Made by a program: the position numbers and the translations under genes. 64,000 bases of DNA, taken from NCBI GenBank assembly GCA_963663225.1, contig OY760142.1:1344001-1408000 (forward strand), read 5' to 3'. Shown here one piece after another: positions 28,586-38,714 of the stretch. This DNA is from Nitrospirota bacterium (lineage in GTDB: Bacteria > Nitrospirota > UBA9217). A model generated the notes under the pieces. That model did no database searches. It saw nothing but the letters and a program-made list of their open reading frames with translations, and had not been told where the DNA came from. How positions within the stretch are numbered: the first letter of the stretch is position 1; every line of letters starts with the position of its first letter.

Positions 28586-29680
28586 ATGGGTTTTAACTGT
28601 GGTATCGTGGGGCTGCCGAACGTCGGCAAATCCACCATTTTTAACGCGCTCACTTCCGCCGGCGCCCAGGCGTCGAATTATCCCTTCACCACGATCGATC
28701 CGAATGTGGGTGTCGTGGATATGCCTGATGAACGGCTCGACAAGCTCGCAGAACTATATAAACCCAAAAAGCTGACCCCTACCACCATGGAATTTGTCGA
28801 TATCGCCGGGCTCGTGAAGGGGGCGGCCCAGGGGGAAGGGCTCGGGAACAAATTTCTGGCGAACATCCGGGAAGTTGATGCAATCGCACACGTAGTCCGC
28901 TGTTTTGATGACCCCAATGTGGTGCATGTTGCCGGAGCGGTGGACCCGCGGGTGGACATAGAAGTGATCGAAGCGGAGCTTATGCTTGCGGATCTTGATG
29001 CCATGGAAAAGCGGCTGTTCAAATCCGAAAAGCTTGCGAAAACGGGTGACAAAAAAATCGCGGAAGAAAATGATTTTATGAAGCGATTGAAAGATACGCT
29101 GAGCAAGGGGGAACCTCTTCGACGGATCACCTGCAACGATGAAGAAACTTCCTGGCTCAAAAGCTACAATCTGCTTTCCGCCAAGCCCGTCCTGTATGTT
29201 GCAAACGTGGCGGAGAACATGATCGGGGAACCGAATCCGCACGTGGATGCCGTGCAGAAAATCGCCGTGCAGGAAAACGCAAAAGTTGTGGTTATTTCCG
29301 GCCAGGTGGAAGGAGAAATTGCCCAACTCCCGAAGGATGAGCGCAGGGAGTATCTTTCGGGCATGGGCCTCAAAGAGTCCGGCTTGGACCGCATGATTCG
29401 CGCCGGATACGAATTGCTCGGCCTGATCACCTATTTTACGGCAGGCGAAAAAGAAGTGCGCGCCTGGACCATCACCAGGGGCACCAAGGCTCCGCAGGCC
29501 GCGGGAAAAATCCATACGGACTTCGAGAAAGGTTTCATCCGGGCTGAAGTTTTTCATTATGATGATCTTATGCGGCTGGGATCTGAGCAGGCCGTAAAGG
29601 CCGCCGGTTTGCTGCGTTCAGAGGGCAAGGAATATGTGGTCGCAGACGGGGACATCATGCTGTTCCGGTTCAATGTGTGA
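28586..29680 (+). CDS. ychF: Redox-regulated ATPase YchF
   Basis: GIVGLPNVGKST, NYPFTTI, DIAGLV..A..GEGLGNKFL, AAGKIHTDFEKGFI. Confidence 0.98.
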   Translation: MGFNCGIVGLPNVGKSTIFNALTSAGAQASNYPFTTIDPNVGVVDMPDERLDKLAELYKPKKLTPTTMEFVDIAGLVKGAAQGEGLGNKFLANIREVDAIAHVVRCFDDPNVVHVAGAVDPRVDIEVIEAELMLADLDAMEKRLFKSEKLAKTGDKKIAEENDFMKRLKDTLSKGEPLRRITCNDEETSWLKSYNLLSAKPVLYVANVAENMIGEPNPHVDAVQKIAVQENAKVVVISGQVEGEIAQLPKDERREYLSGMGLKESGLDRMIRAGYELLGLITYFTAGEKEVRAWTITRGTKAPQAAGKIHTDFEKGFIRAEVFHYDDLMRLGSEQAVKAAGLLRSEGKEYVVADGDIMLFRFNV

Positions 29681-29798
29681 CGCAGACGATGATGTTTTAG
29701 TATTGGATGCAGCGGCGGCCCAGAATCTGCCGTATTGATTTTTTCACGCGGCAATGTTATGTTACCGGACCGTTATTTCAGGCAGCGAGGAGATATTC

Positions 29799-31187
29799 AT
29801 GCCTTTTAACCTTCAGGAAATCATAGAGGCCAACCAAGGCCAGCAGCTTTCTTTTCTCTCGGAATACATGAACCCCCAGATGGCCAAAGTTTTCAAGATT
29901 CTCGGGTTCGACCCTGTTTATGTCCGTGGAAAAGGCGCGCACCTGTGGGACGACAAAGGCAATGACTACCTGGATCTGCAGTCAGGATTCGGCGTATTTG
30001 CCGTCGGCCGCTCTCATCCCAAAATCAAGGACGCAATCCGACAGTACTTGGACATTGACAGCCCAAACCTGATAAAACTGGGGACGCAGCTTCTCGCGGG
30101 CGTGCTGGCCAAAAAGCTGATTACTGAATATGCTCCTCCCGGAATCGACACCGTCTTCTTCTGCAACTCCGGCGCTGAGGCTATTGACGGCGCTCTCAAA
30201 TTTGCCCATGTTTTTACCGGAAGAGAAAAACTTCTCTATTGCGACCACAGTTTTCACGGGTTGACCCTGGGAGCGCTCCGGGTCAACGGTTGCAAAGAAT
30301 TTCGCGCAGACTGCGAAACAATCTTGTCCGGCGGGACCGAAGTTCCCTTTGGAGACACGGATCAGCTGGAGGCGGAACTCTCCAAGGGCGACGTGGCCGC
30401 CCTGGTGGTGGAGCCGGTTATCGGACATGGTGTCTTTTTGCATCCTGATGATTTCCTCCCGCGCGCGCGGGAGCTGTGCACGCGCTACGGCACACTCCTC
30501 ATTATCGATGAAGTCCAGACCGGTCTTGGTCGCACCGGAAAAATGTTCGGGTATGAGCACTGGAACGTGGTGCCGGACATCATGACGCTTTCGAAATCAC
30601 TTTCCGGGGGGTACTGCCCGATTGGCGCGATTCTTTATCCCCGGAAGGTTTACAACAGCGTTTTCAAGTCCCTTGACCGGTGCATGGTTCATTCAACGAC
30701 CTTCAGTCAAAACGACCTTGCAGCAGTCTGCGGTCTGGCTACGCTGGAAGTCATCCGCGAAGAAGGTCTTGTGGAAAACAGCGCCCGCATGGGAGAATAT
30801 CTCATGACCAAGCTTCGTGAGTTGGGAAATAAGTACGAACTCATTCGGGAAGTGCGCGGCAAGGGGCTCATCATTGCCATTGAGTTCGGCGAGCCCCGGT
30901 CATTCGGCCTGAAGACGGGATGGAAAATGATCCATGGCATCAACAAGAATCTTTTCTGCCAATCAATTCTGGTGCCTCTGATGATGGACCATAAGATACT
31001 TACCCAGGTTTCCGGCCACGGCAGGGATATCATAAAATTGCTTCCCTCTCTTGTTTTTGACCAGAACGATGCTGACCGGTTTTTAAACTCATTCGAAGAA
31101 GTTTTGTCGGCTGCACACCGGTTTCCGGGACCGATTTGGGAAGTCGGTTCCCGCCTTGCGAAGGCGATGGTAAAACATAGTGTATAA
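29799..31187 (+). CDS. hpnO: Class-III PLP aminotransferase, HpnO-like (aminobacteriohopanetriol synthesis)
   Basis: SGFGVFAVGR.HP, DEVQTGLGRTG, SKSLSGG; C-terminal LFCQSILVPLMMDHKILTQVSGH resembles HpnO as I recall it. Confidence 0.65.
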   Translation: MPFNLQEIIEANQGQQLSFLSEYMNPQMAKVFKILGFDPVYVRGKGAHLWDDKGNDYLDLQSGFGVFAVGRSHPKIKDAIRQYLDIDSPNLIKLGTQLLAGVLAKKLITEYAPPGIDTVFFCNSGAEAIDGALKFAHVFTGREKLLYCDHSFHGLTLGALRVNGCKEFRADCETILSGGTEVPFGDTDQLEAELSKGDVAALVVEPVIGHGVFLHPDDFLPRARELCTRYGTLLIIDEVQTGLGRTGKMFGYEHWNVVPDIMTLSKSLSGGYCPIGAILYPRKVYNSVFKSLDRCMVHSTTFSQNDLAAVCGLATLEVIREEGLVENSARMGEYLMTKLRELGNKYELIREVRGKGLIIAIEFGEPRSFGLKTGWKMIHGINKNLFCQSILVPLMMDHKILTQVSGHGRDIIKLLPSLVFDQNDADRFLNSFEEVLSAAHRFPGPIWEVGSRLAKAMVKHSV

Positions 31188-31289
31188 AAAACGATGTCTG
31201 TTATCCTGTTTTGAGAATGGTGTGCTGTAGGCAAGGCAATTGTATAAATGGCACGATTCCCGTCATCCCTGTTTAAAAAGGATTATCGT

Positions 31290-32225
31290 TTAGATCGAAA
31301 GATCTGCGGCGAGTTTTTTCCCGATTTTCTGCAGTGACTGCAAACCTCTTATTTCCGTGAACGCAATCGGAAGCATTGCCAGCGGCCGGTTGCCCGCCAG
31401 GTTCTTCAGTTCCTCAACATATCGAGTTTGGACTGTTCTCATGGCCTCTAGAGACGTGGAGTCCGTATCCTCTATTTTCTTGTTGATGATCAGGCCGTGG
31501 ACCGTAAGATTATACCGCGCAAGCGTTTCCATCACCCGTCGGGCCTGGCTTACCACCAACGATTCGGGGTTTGCAACAACAAGAAACGCTGATTTGTTGT
31601 GAACGAACTGCGCAATTTTTTCGGACAATTGGACCCACTCGTCCATGATTCCTGCGATGGGTCTTTTCCCGACAAACTGCCTGCCGATTCTGTCGAGTCC
31701 TTCAAAAACCTTTGCACCGGCCCGCAGGTGTTTTTTGATGATCCGGGGCATGGCGAGTAGATTCAGCGTCTCCCCCGCCGGTGCGGTGTCCCAAACAATT
31801 TTTTCGTATTTCTGCTGTTCCGCGTTGGTGACGATAATATCCAGCAATGTCTCTTCCCGGAGAGAAGGGGCGGATCCGATGTAATCAAGAAGGTGGTGGT
31901 GTGATTCGGTGTCAAGGCTTTCCATATCAATCAAAACAGAAATGATGTCATGAAAGTCCTTGCCGAACTTTGTTTTCCAATGAGCTGCAATTGTCTCTTG
32001 GCTGATTTCAAAGGCATCGAGGTTCTCTGCTACACCGGTGATCGCATCGCCGATAGGTTGCTCGAGGATATCGGACAACGACGGCGTCATGTCCGAGGTT
32101 ATCAGAAGCGTTCGCCGGCCTCTTGTTGCGAATGCTGCAGCGATTGCCGCTGAGCAGGTGGTTTTTCCTACACCGCCCTTGCCTCCGACCAAGAGCAATG
32201 GTTTTTCAAGCTGACTTTGCAACAT
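31290..32225 (-). CDS. ArsA/GET3-family ATPase (single domain)
   Basis: GGKGGVGKTT, WDTAPAGETL, LIINK. Confidence 0.88.
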   Translation of the reverse strand: MLQSQLEKPLLLVGGKGGVGKTTCSAAIAAAFATRGRRTLLITSDMTPSLSDILEQPIGDAITGVAENLDAFEISQETIAAHWKTKFGKDFHDIISVLIDMESLDTESHHHLLDYIGSAPSLREETLLDIIVTNAEQQKYEKIVWDTAPAGETLNLLAMPRIIKKHLRAGAKVFEGLDRIGRQFVGKRPIAGIMDEWVQLSEKIAQFVHNKSAFLVVANPESLVVSQARRVMETLARYNLTVHGLIINKKIEDTDSTSLEAMRTVQTRYVEELKNLAGNRPLAMLPIAFTEIRGLQSLQKIGKKLAADLSI

Positions 32226-32284
32226 GTCCTTCGTCCTTTTATAATGGTAATTAATACAAAAAAATAACTTGCGGGTTTGGAACC

Positions 32285-33412
32285 TCAGGGTTCGACAGTC
32301 ACCAAGCGGTACTGCTTTGTACCGAGTCCCAGCCGCTCCGCCTCGTCAATCTGTATCTGCATAGGACGGGGATTCAGCTTGAACAGCACATCGTCTCCGG
32401 GTTTTGCGTTCATATCGGCAGCTGCAGACTGAGGCAGAGGAGGAGCGGTACGAAGCATATCAAGCGACGCCTGTTCGATGGCCACGATGTCATCCGACAC
32501 CATGATTCCCTGGTCCTGAATCATCGGGACGTCGGCCACCGGCATGCAATCACATTCCGGCTGAACATGCAGAAGGAAATTAACGTACAGAACTTTCTTT
32601 TTTTCCTTGAATGTGGAAAGGACTGCTGCGGCAGCTTCAGCAAGGCTTTTCTGGAATTTTGCATCATCCTGAGGCTGTATAAGAGCGCCTTCCTGGCAAA
32701 CGCGGCTGCACCGCGCGCAGTGCCAGCAGTTTTTTTCGTCGTATGTAAATGCACCATCCTTGAACTCAATCGAATGCAGAGGGCAGATGTTCATGCACTG
32801 CCGGCAGAACGTGCAGCGTTCGGCATGCCATATAAGGGCAATATCTCCGTGGCAATGCATCCCTCCCCTCCCTTTTTTCCAGCCGTGTTCACGGTGGCGT
32901 CCGCTTACGCAACCCATGGCAAGGTTCTTTATTGCTCCTCCGTACCCTGAGTTAATATGTCCTTTTGTATGCGTACAGACCACCATGGCAGGCACATCAA
33001 AAATTGTAGAAGCAACAGCGATGTTTTCAAGAATAGGGCCGGCTTTGACCAGGATGGTGTCTTTGCCGTAAAGGCCATCCGCCAGCACCAGCGGTGCACC
33101 GCAGGAAAGCTGATTCAACCCGTTCTGGTTGGCCACTTCAATGTAATCAAGCCCCATGATTCTTACTGTATCCGTTACAAACGGTTTTGCGCCGGTTTTT
33201 TTAACGGCATCAACAATTTTGCGGATCATGACTGCAGGGACGATTCTGAATGCGCCTTCCGAGCCCCAATGGGTTTTGATTGCGACCCAATCATCCTTTT
33301 CTAAGCGCTCTGCGAAGTTTATTCGGCTGATCAAGGCTTCAAGTTTTCCCGGAACGCTGTGGCTGTAGTCCCATTTATGAGTGCGTGCTGAGGAAAAATA
33401 AACAGTAGACAT
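32285..33412 (-). CDS. DUF362 protein with 4Fe-4S dicluster
   Basis: VAIKTHWG, THTKGH..GYGGAIKNLAMG, two CxxCxxCxxxC motifs, PECDC. Confidence 0.88.
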   Translation of the reverse strand: MSTVYFSSARTHKWDYSHSVPGKLEALISRINFAERLEKDDWVAIKTHWGSEGAFRIVPAVMIRKIVDAVKKTGAKPFVTDTVRIMGLDYIEVANQNGLNQLSCGAPLVLADGLYGKDTILVKAGPILENIAVASTIFDVPAMVVCTHTKGHINSGYGGAIKNLAMGCVSGRHREHGWKKGRGGMHCHGDIALIWHAERCTFCRQCMNICPLHSIEFKDGAFTYDEKNCWHCARCSRVCQEGALIQPQDDAKFQKSLAEAAAAVLSTFKEKKKVLYVNFLLHVQPECDCMPVADVPMIQDQGIMVSDDIVAIEQASLDMLRTAPPLPQSAAADMNAKPGDDVLFKLNPRPMQIQIDEAERLGLGTKQYRLVTVEP

Positions 33413-33637
33413 GACAAACCTCTGACTTAAAAGAATTGCAGCAAGGGCGTGCTGCAATGCATTTTACACTATCAGTGAAAGTTCGTCCATATCGTGTGCA
33501 TGCAATTTTCTGGATAACAGATGGAGGGGCACTACGCGCCTGGAACCGGTTGTCAGAAAAATTTCTGACTGGGCATAGTCATCAAGAATATGAATGAGAA
33601 ACGGGTGTATTAAAGAAAAAATTCCTGGAATGCGTTT

Positions 33638-33997
33638 TCACAGTATCTGTTCATCTTCAGGGCGCCACGCAGGATCCACAATGCATAAAAAGACAAGATC
33701 AATTTTTCCGGAGTTATGGAGGCATTGTCGTGCATCCGGTGGAATGTAGACGGTGGATCCGGGACTGACCGGTGACGTCTCGTCATTGATATGCATGATG
33801 CCTTCGCCTTGCAAAATATAATACACCTCTGATGCACGGAGGCAATGCGACCATGTCGTTTTGCCCGGTTTTACCACTGCATGCGCAAGACTGTACCGGA
33901 TTTTCAGGTCCTCCTTGTCCGGATGCAGGATTTCCCGCAGCCGGCAGTTATCTCCGGCAATAAATTCTTCGCAGCTCATCAATTCACGAATAAACAT
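33638..33997 (-). CDS. Cupin-2 domain protein
   Basis: YSLAHAVVKPG, EVYYILQGEG, VYIPP, FLCIVDPAW. Confidence 0.88.
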   Translation of the reverse strand: MFIRELMSCEEFIAGDNCRLREILHPDKEDLKIRYSLAHAVVKPGKTTWSHCLRASEVYYILQGEGIMHINDETSPVSPGSTVYIPPDARQCLHNSGKIDLVFLCIVDPAWRPEDEQIL

Positions 33998-34309
33998 TCG
34001 CACGCATCTCCTCTGATATTGAATACGATGGTATCCTGGCGGTAACAAGCAAACAAGAGTTGTTTCTGATAATAAAGTAAGTTTTTTTGCATGTCAACAA
34101 GCGGTTTCACTATTCACCATTTGTCTAAAAACGAGTTCTATTTATTCAAACGAAGTGCGAAATTTAAATGCCGCACTGAAAAGCGGAAAAGGCGCCGGAG
34201 CATCAGGTGGTGAAGCTTCGCAGAATGATTGCAAAAATCCGCTCTGCTGAACTGAAGCGTGATTCGATGAAGGGAAGGTCTGATTATACGCGTATAACCC
34301 GAATTAACT

Positions 34310-36964
34310 TTAGCTGTTCAAAAAACACACAGCTTGACTATGTTGCGGGTCGGCAACTGTTTTGGCAAATACACCATTTGTCGCCCGGGGTACATCGATA
34401 AGGCGGAGAATGGATTCGTATTTCGCAGCATCCGGCAGTAAATCAAGGAGAGCATTCGGTGCGGTTTTAAAGAATTCCGCCTGAAATTCTGCGGCAGCAT
34501 CATCTGGATACAACGGTAAATATATGATCTGGGATTCCACCAGATCCTGAAAGAAATGTGTGCCATACGATACTTCAGGCACGTGGCCGGCTTCTTCAAG
34601 GGCTATCTCTACGAGTACGGCTGCGTTGTCAATATCAGCATAACTCACGTTGACGCCAAGACTGATATTACTGCTGCCCCACCGCCCAGGACCCATCATC
34701 ATGATTTTTTCATTCTTGACAAGAGGATGACGGTTGATCTTCCCCACCAAGCGACCCAGGGTCTTTTTCATCTCGTCAGAAGCGAGGTGGTTATATTGTT
34801 TCGGGTCGATATAGAGAATGTATCGGATTTTTTCGACGATGCCGCCGCAGATCATGCGTTGGGAGCGGAACAAAATCTGTTTACGTTCCAGGTTGTCCGG
34901 CAATAAGACATTTGCAGGTGATCCGGGCAGGAAAAGCGGCCGGCACTGAAGGAGGTTCACGTGGACACGGCCGTCTGAATCTATGGATGCAGTAAATTCG
35001 ACATCCACAGGGTGACCGTATGCTTTCTCGAGCTTCGTCAAAATCGTCCCCAGGAGCGGAACAAAATCAGTCTTGCTCAGCAATTTATTAAACGTAAGAA
35101 TCCATTGGTGCGGTTGCCCTTCCACATGCTGGAACAGGGAGTCATACGGGTAATTGTCCCGCATGACTGAAACAAGCAAGTGCAGATTGGGATATGAGTC
35201 ATCGGTCAGCACGTCCATCAGGTAGCGGGTTACAAACTGGTTGGTTTTCAGGTCGAGCACGTCCACCTGATGTTGTGAATATTTGGCTATTTTAAGGCCG
35301 ACTTCAGGCCGCAGTTGGGGGTTGCTGATGGCGATCATGCGGGGATAATCAGAGCTTACCCGGTCAACCGCTCGTGTCCCGAGTCCAAATACGAGCCGGA
35401 TGATGCCCTGGCGGGAGTCGATCCGGTCGTTCCATGCATACAGATTTCGCGAGAAAGCCACCCCGGACAGGGTAGGGAAAAAAAACTGCTGGTGGGGCGT
35501 GCCCGCGACGCGTTGTATCAGGATAGCCATTTGCTCGTCATTTTCGCCGAGCCCCCGTTTGCTGCGATAGGAGAGGGCGTCAGGGTTCAGAGCACTTGCA
35601 TAGACCAGTTTAACGGCGCGCATAAAATCCGCCAGGCGCGTGTCGGGATCACCCTGGTTGGTGCAAAAAACACTCAGATATTTTCCCGCAAAAGCGTTCC
35701 CGAAGCTGTCTTCCAGCAAGCTGCTGGAGCGTACGATGATCGGCGACTGCCCATAGTAATCAAGCATGTCGCGAAACTGATCCTGCATGTCCGCGGAGAA
35801 ACGACCTGCCAGGAAACGTTCCTCCACTTCGGCGAATTCCTCATGGGAAATGACAGTATCCCGCGTCAACTGCAGCCTGAGCCGGAAAAGATTATTGTCG
35901 ACGAGAAACGTGAAGAAGACATCTGAACCAAGGTAGAAGGAATCATGATCCTCCAGCCGTTCAGAGAGGTCTTCCCGTGCTTCGTCCTGGTCCGTCAGCA
36001 GGATGCGCCGTGCCAGCAACATCCCTGCTGCTTTACCTCCGATACGGCCTGCTCCCATAAGACGATTACGCATGGCAAGCAAATCCGCCAGGGTAAAATA
36101 CTTTTCCGCCAGCCGGTTGAAAGCAGGGTGGTGTCCAATGAGCATATGACACAATTCCTGCTTGAGAGCGATCTGCTCCGGGTCCGTTTCATCGAAGCCG
36201 GAAGTGGTCTGGCTGTAGTGCAGGAGTTTTAAATATACACTCTCCCAGGGGGCCAGCAATTGCGTTGTAGCACTCAAGGGCGACTGGCGAGCCGACGTCA
36301 ATACTTTTGCGGCATCCCGACTGTCAGAAAGGGGCGCCCAGGTATCATCGGACACAATATGGGGCAGAAACATCTGCGGTGAATAGCGGTCCCAAACCTT
36401 GATGGGATGGACATGCATGCTGCCCTTGGCGTGATACACATCCAGAAGGATTTGGGTTGTGTCCCGAATGCGAGCGATAGCGCGGTGGGAATGCTGGCCG
36501 CGCGTCAGGGCAAAATAGGCGATCGTGCGCAATTCGAACAAAAAGGGGCAGGTGACTTGAAAGAAATTAGCAACCAGTTCATCGGTTGCCCACTCCACAA
36601 GCAAAGCAGACAGGTTATCAAAAACGTAAAAAACCTGCGGACCGCGCATTTCAATGAGTCTTTGAACTTCCCGCGTAAACGCATCAAAGCCTAGGCTTGC
36701 GTTCAACTCAATGGTTTCCATGCCCGGACGGGGCGTCAGGACCGGGGGGTGGGATGCAAATCGCAGATATACCAGTTGGCGGTGTTCGCCGAGCGCGGTA
36801 TCGGCAAACGGTTCCGCGAAGTACCGGTAATCTTCAAGACTGTCAATCTGCCAGACAATATTATCACCCAGCCGGATGCCTTGCAGAATTTCATCCAAGG
36901 CCTTCAGGCCGCTCCGGACGGTTACCGGGTCCATGAATTTTTCACTCATTGCGGGATTACTCAT
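34310..36964 (-). CDS. Degenerate KaiC/RecA-like domain fused to a PEP-synthase/PPDK nucleotide-binding domain
   Basis: N-terminal SGLKALDEIL..IRLGDNIVW; then IGGKAAG, VRSSSLLED..AFAGKY, GLGTRAV, DVEF, LLQCRP; C-terminal GPGRWGS...SYGTHFFQDL; no pyruvate-binding barrel. Confidence 0.85.
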   Translation of the reverse strand: MSNPAMSEKFMDPVTVRSGLKALDEILQGIRLGDNIVWQIDSLEDYRYFAEPFADTALGEHRQLVYLRFASHPPVLTPRPGMETIELNASLGFDAFTREVQRLIEMRGPQVFYVFDNLSALLVEWATDELVANFFQVTCPFLFELRTIAYFALTRGQHSHRAIARIRDTTQILLDVYHAKGSMHVHPIKVWDRYSPQMFLPHIVSDDTWAPLSDSRDAAKVLTSARQSPLSATTQLLAPWESVYLKLLHYSQTTSGFDETDPEQIALKQELCHMLIGHHPAFNRLAEKYFTLADLLAMRNRLMGAGRIGGKAAGMLLARRILLTDQDEAREDLSERLEDHDSFYLGSDVFFTFLVDNNLFRLRLQLTRDTVISHEEFAEVEERFLAGRFSADMQDQFRDMLDYYGQSPIIVRSSSLLEDSFGNAFAGKYLSVFCTNQGDPDTRLADFMRAVKLVYASALNPDALSYRSKRGLGENDEQMAILIQRVAGTPHQQFFFPTLSGVAFSRNLYAWNDRIDSRQGIIRLVFGLGTRAVDRVSSDYPRMIAISNPQLRPEVGLKIAKYSQHQVDVLDLKTNQFVTRYLMDVLTDDSYPNLHLLVSVMRDNYPYDSLFQHVEGQPHQWILTFNKLLSKTDFVPLLGTILTKLEKAYGHPVDVEFTASIDSDGRVHVNLLQCRPLFLPGSPANVLLPDNLERKQILFRSQRMICGGIVEKIRYILYIDPKQYNHLASDEMKKTLGRLVGKINRHPLVKNEKIMMMGPGRWGSSNISLGVNVSYADIDNAAVLVEIALEEAGHVPEVSYGTHFFQDLVESQIIYLPLYPDDAAAEFQAEFFKTAPNALLDLLPDAAKYESILRLIDVPRATNGVFAKTVADPQHSQAVCFLNS

Positions 36965-37121
36965 TTCCAAAATTTTTTTTGGTCAATATTGTACCATAGT
37001 ACAGCTCACCGTAAAATGCAAGGTGAAACGGAGGATATTTTGCTCTGAATTCAGATAAAATCATGATTTTTCCCAAGAAAGCAACTCTTCCGTACTGTGC
37101 CGAATTCGTCCGAGAATCTTC

Positions 37122-37177
37122 TTGACAGCGGTAAAAAAATGAGCAACAATGCTCCTCGGCATCGGCAATCATTTGCC
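37122..37177 (+). promoter_or_regulatory. sigma70-like promoter plus GGCAA-N4-TTGCC operator-like site
   Basis: TTGACA-N17-AACAAT (37122-37150), then GGCAAtcatTTGCC (37164-37177). Confidence 0.45.
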
Positions 37178-37188
37178 TACCAAAACCT

Positions 37189-38463
37189 ATGACAAACGGC
37201 AATCATTTACCGAAGAAAATATCCTCAGGATCGAGCAGCCTCGACTCCTTGATTAATGAATTCTCCATCGGCGACAATGTCGTCTGGGAGGTGGATGCCG
37301 GGACCTTGTCCGGCACTTTTATCCGGAGATTCATCTCGCAGTCGCTCAAAGATGCCCAGATGGTGATTTACGTCAGCTTCAACCGGTCTCCCCAGACCGT
37401 GTTGAACGAGCTCGGAAAAATTTCTTCATTCGAACACTTTACCCTGATCGACTGCTTCACATCGGGCAAAGGAAAGAACGACAATACATTCCTCAAATTC
37501 TATGAAAAGCCGTGCACCGGTGTCGTGCGAATTGAAGACCCGCGGGACATCAACCGGTTCACGGTGACGCTGAACGCCATCGAGGACAAACTCCCGCAGG
37601 GTGCACGGTACGTCTTTGACAGCCTTACTGGCATGCAGGATCTCTGGGGAGACGAGGATGAGACACACCGGTTTTTCACCTACATGTGCCCTCGGCTCTA
37701 CGATCTCGGCACGGTTGCATATTGGATGCTTGAAAAAGAAGCACACAGCCCCCGGTTCAAGGCAAACCTGCGGCATATTACGCAGGTTGCGTTTGATCTT
37801 TCGAAGCGAAAGAACAGCCTTTTCCTGAAAGCGCTGAAGCTTGAGGGCAGGGAAGACCGGGAAGCGTTTAAACCCCATCAATACGAGGTCAAGGATGATG
37901 TGGTGACGCTGACGGCTCCCCGCAAGGAGCCCACAACCGATATCGGCGGGAAGCTGAAAGAGGAGCGTCTCCGGATCGGAATGAACCAGAAGGAGCTTGC
38001 AGACAAGGTGGGGCTCACACCCAGCTTTGTATCGCAGCTTGAGAACGACCAGGTAAGCCCGTCGCTCAGCACCTACGTGCAGATCTGCAGGGCGCTCGGC
38101 ATTTCTCCCGGCCACTTCCTGAAAGGCGACACCGGCGAAGCTGCCAGCTGGCTGCTGAAAAAAGAAACAATTTTTTCCCGCATTCCCGCGCTTGATGGTC
38201 AGGTAAAAATATATCAGGCACTGGGCAGCAGAAAATATTCCGTGCGCATCGCCGTGCTTCCGCCCTACGCTGAAATACAAGGTCATTTTTTTCATCATGC
38301 AGAAGAAGAGTTGCTCTATGTTATGGAAGGCGCTCTTCTGGTAACGGTTGCCGGACGCCAGGAACGAATTGCACCGGGGGACATGCTTCATCTCAGGGAT
38401 TCATTTCCCACATATTGGAAAAACGAAGGGGGTGGTGAGGCGCGCGTGCTCGTTGTTTGGTAG
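37189..38463 (+). CDS. Degenerate KaiC/RecA-like domain + XRE HTH + cupin transcriptional regulator
   Basis: ISSGSSSLDSLI..SIGDNVVW; IGGKLKEER..GMNQKELADKVGLTPSFVSQLEN..SPS HTH; H.EEELLYVMEG cupin. Confidence 0.88.
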   Translation: MTNGNHLPKKISSGSSSLDSLINEFSIGDNVVWEVDAGTLSGTFIRRFISQSLKDAQMVIYVSFNRSPQTVLNELGKISSFEHFTLIDCFTSGKGKNDNTFLKFYEKPCTGVVRIEDPRDINRFTVTLNAIEDKLPQGARYVFDSLTGMQDLWGDEDETHRFFTYMCPRLYDLGTVAYWMLEKEAHSPRFKANLRHITQVAFDLSKRKNSLFLKALKLEGREDREAFKPHQYEVKDDVVTLTAPRKEPTTDIGGKLKEERLRIGMNQKELADKVGLTPSFVSQLENDQVSPSLSTYVQICRALGISPGHFLKGDTGEAASWLLKKETIFSRIPALDGQVKIYQALGSRKYSVRIAVLPPYAEIQGHFFHHAEEELLYVMEGALLVTVAGRQERIAPGDMLHLRDSFPTYWKNEGGGEARVLVVW

Positions 38464-38714
38464 TGTTTTTGTCAGGATGACTATTTTTTTCTGGCACTCT
38501 TGCAGCGTGCATCAGCACGTAATTTTTGCAATTTGCAATATGAAAACAAGTGATTTTTTTTGTCTTCATGGTTAATTATTGCTGAATTTTTAAAAGGTAA
38601 AATTCATTATTGCTTAAAGGAGGGGGCAATGTCGGAATAGAAAAATGATTGCATCAGATGTCCACATACTATTTGTGCAAGAAATACAATAAAAAAATAA
38701 AAGGAGAAAAGAAC

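Noticed and set aside
33464-33640. In-frame open stretch of 57 codons after the cupin TGA (readthrough or selenocysteine?)
   Set aside because: The cupin is complete at the TGA, no SECIS-like hairpin follows, and the extension has no recognisable features
38491-38504. TGGCAC..TTGCA as a sigma54 promoter for gdhA
   Set aside because: GG-to-GC spacing is 7 nt rather than the required 10
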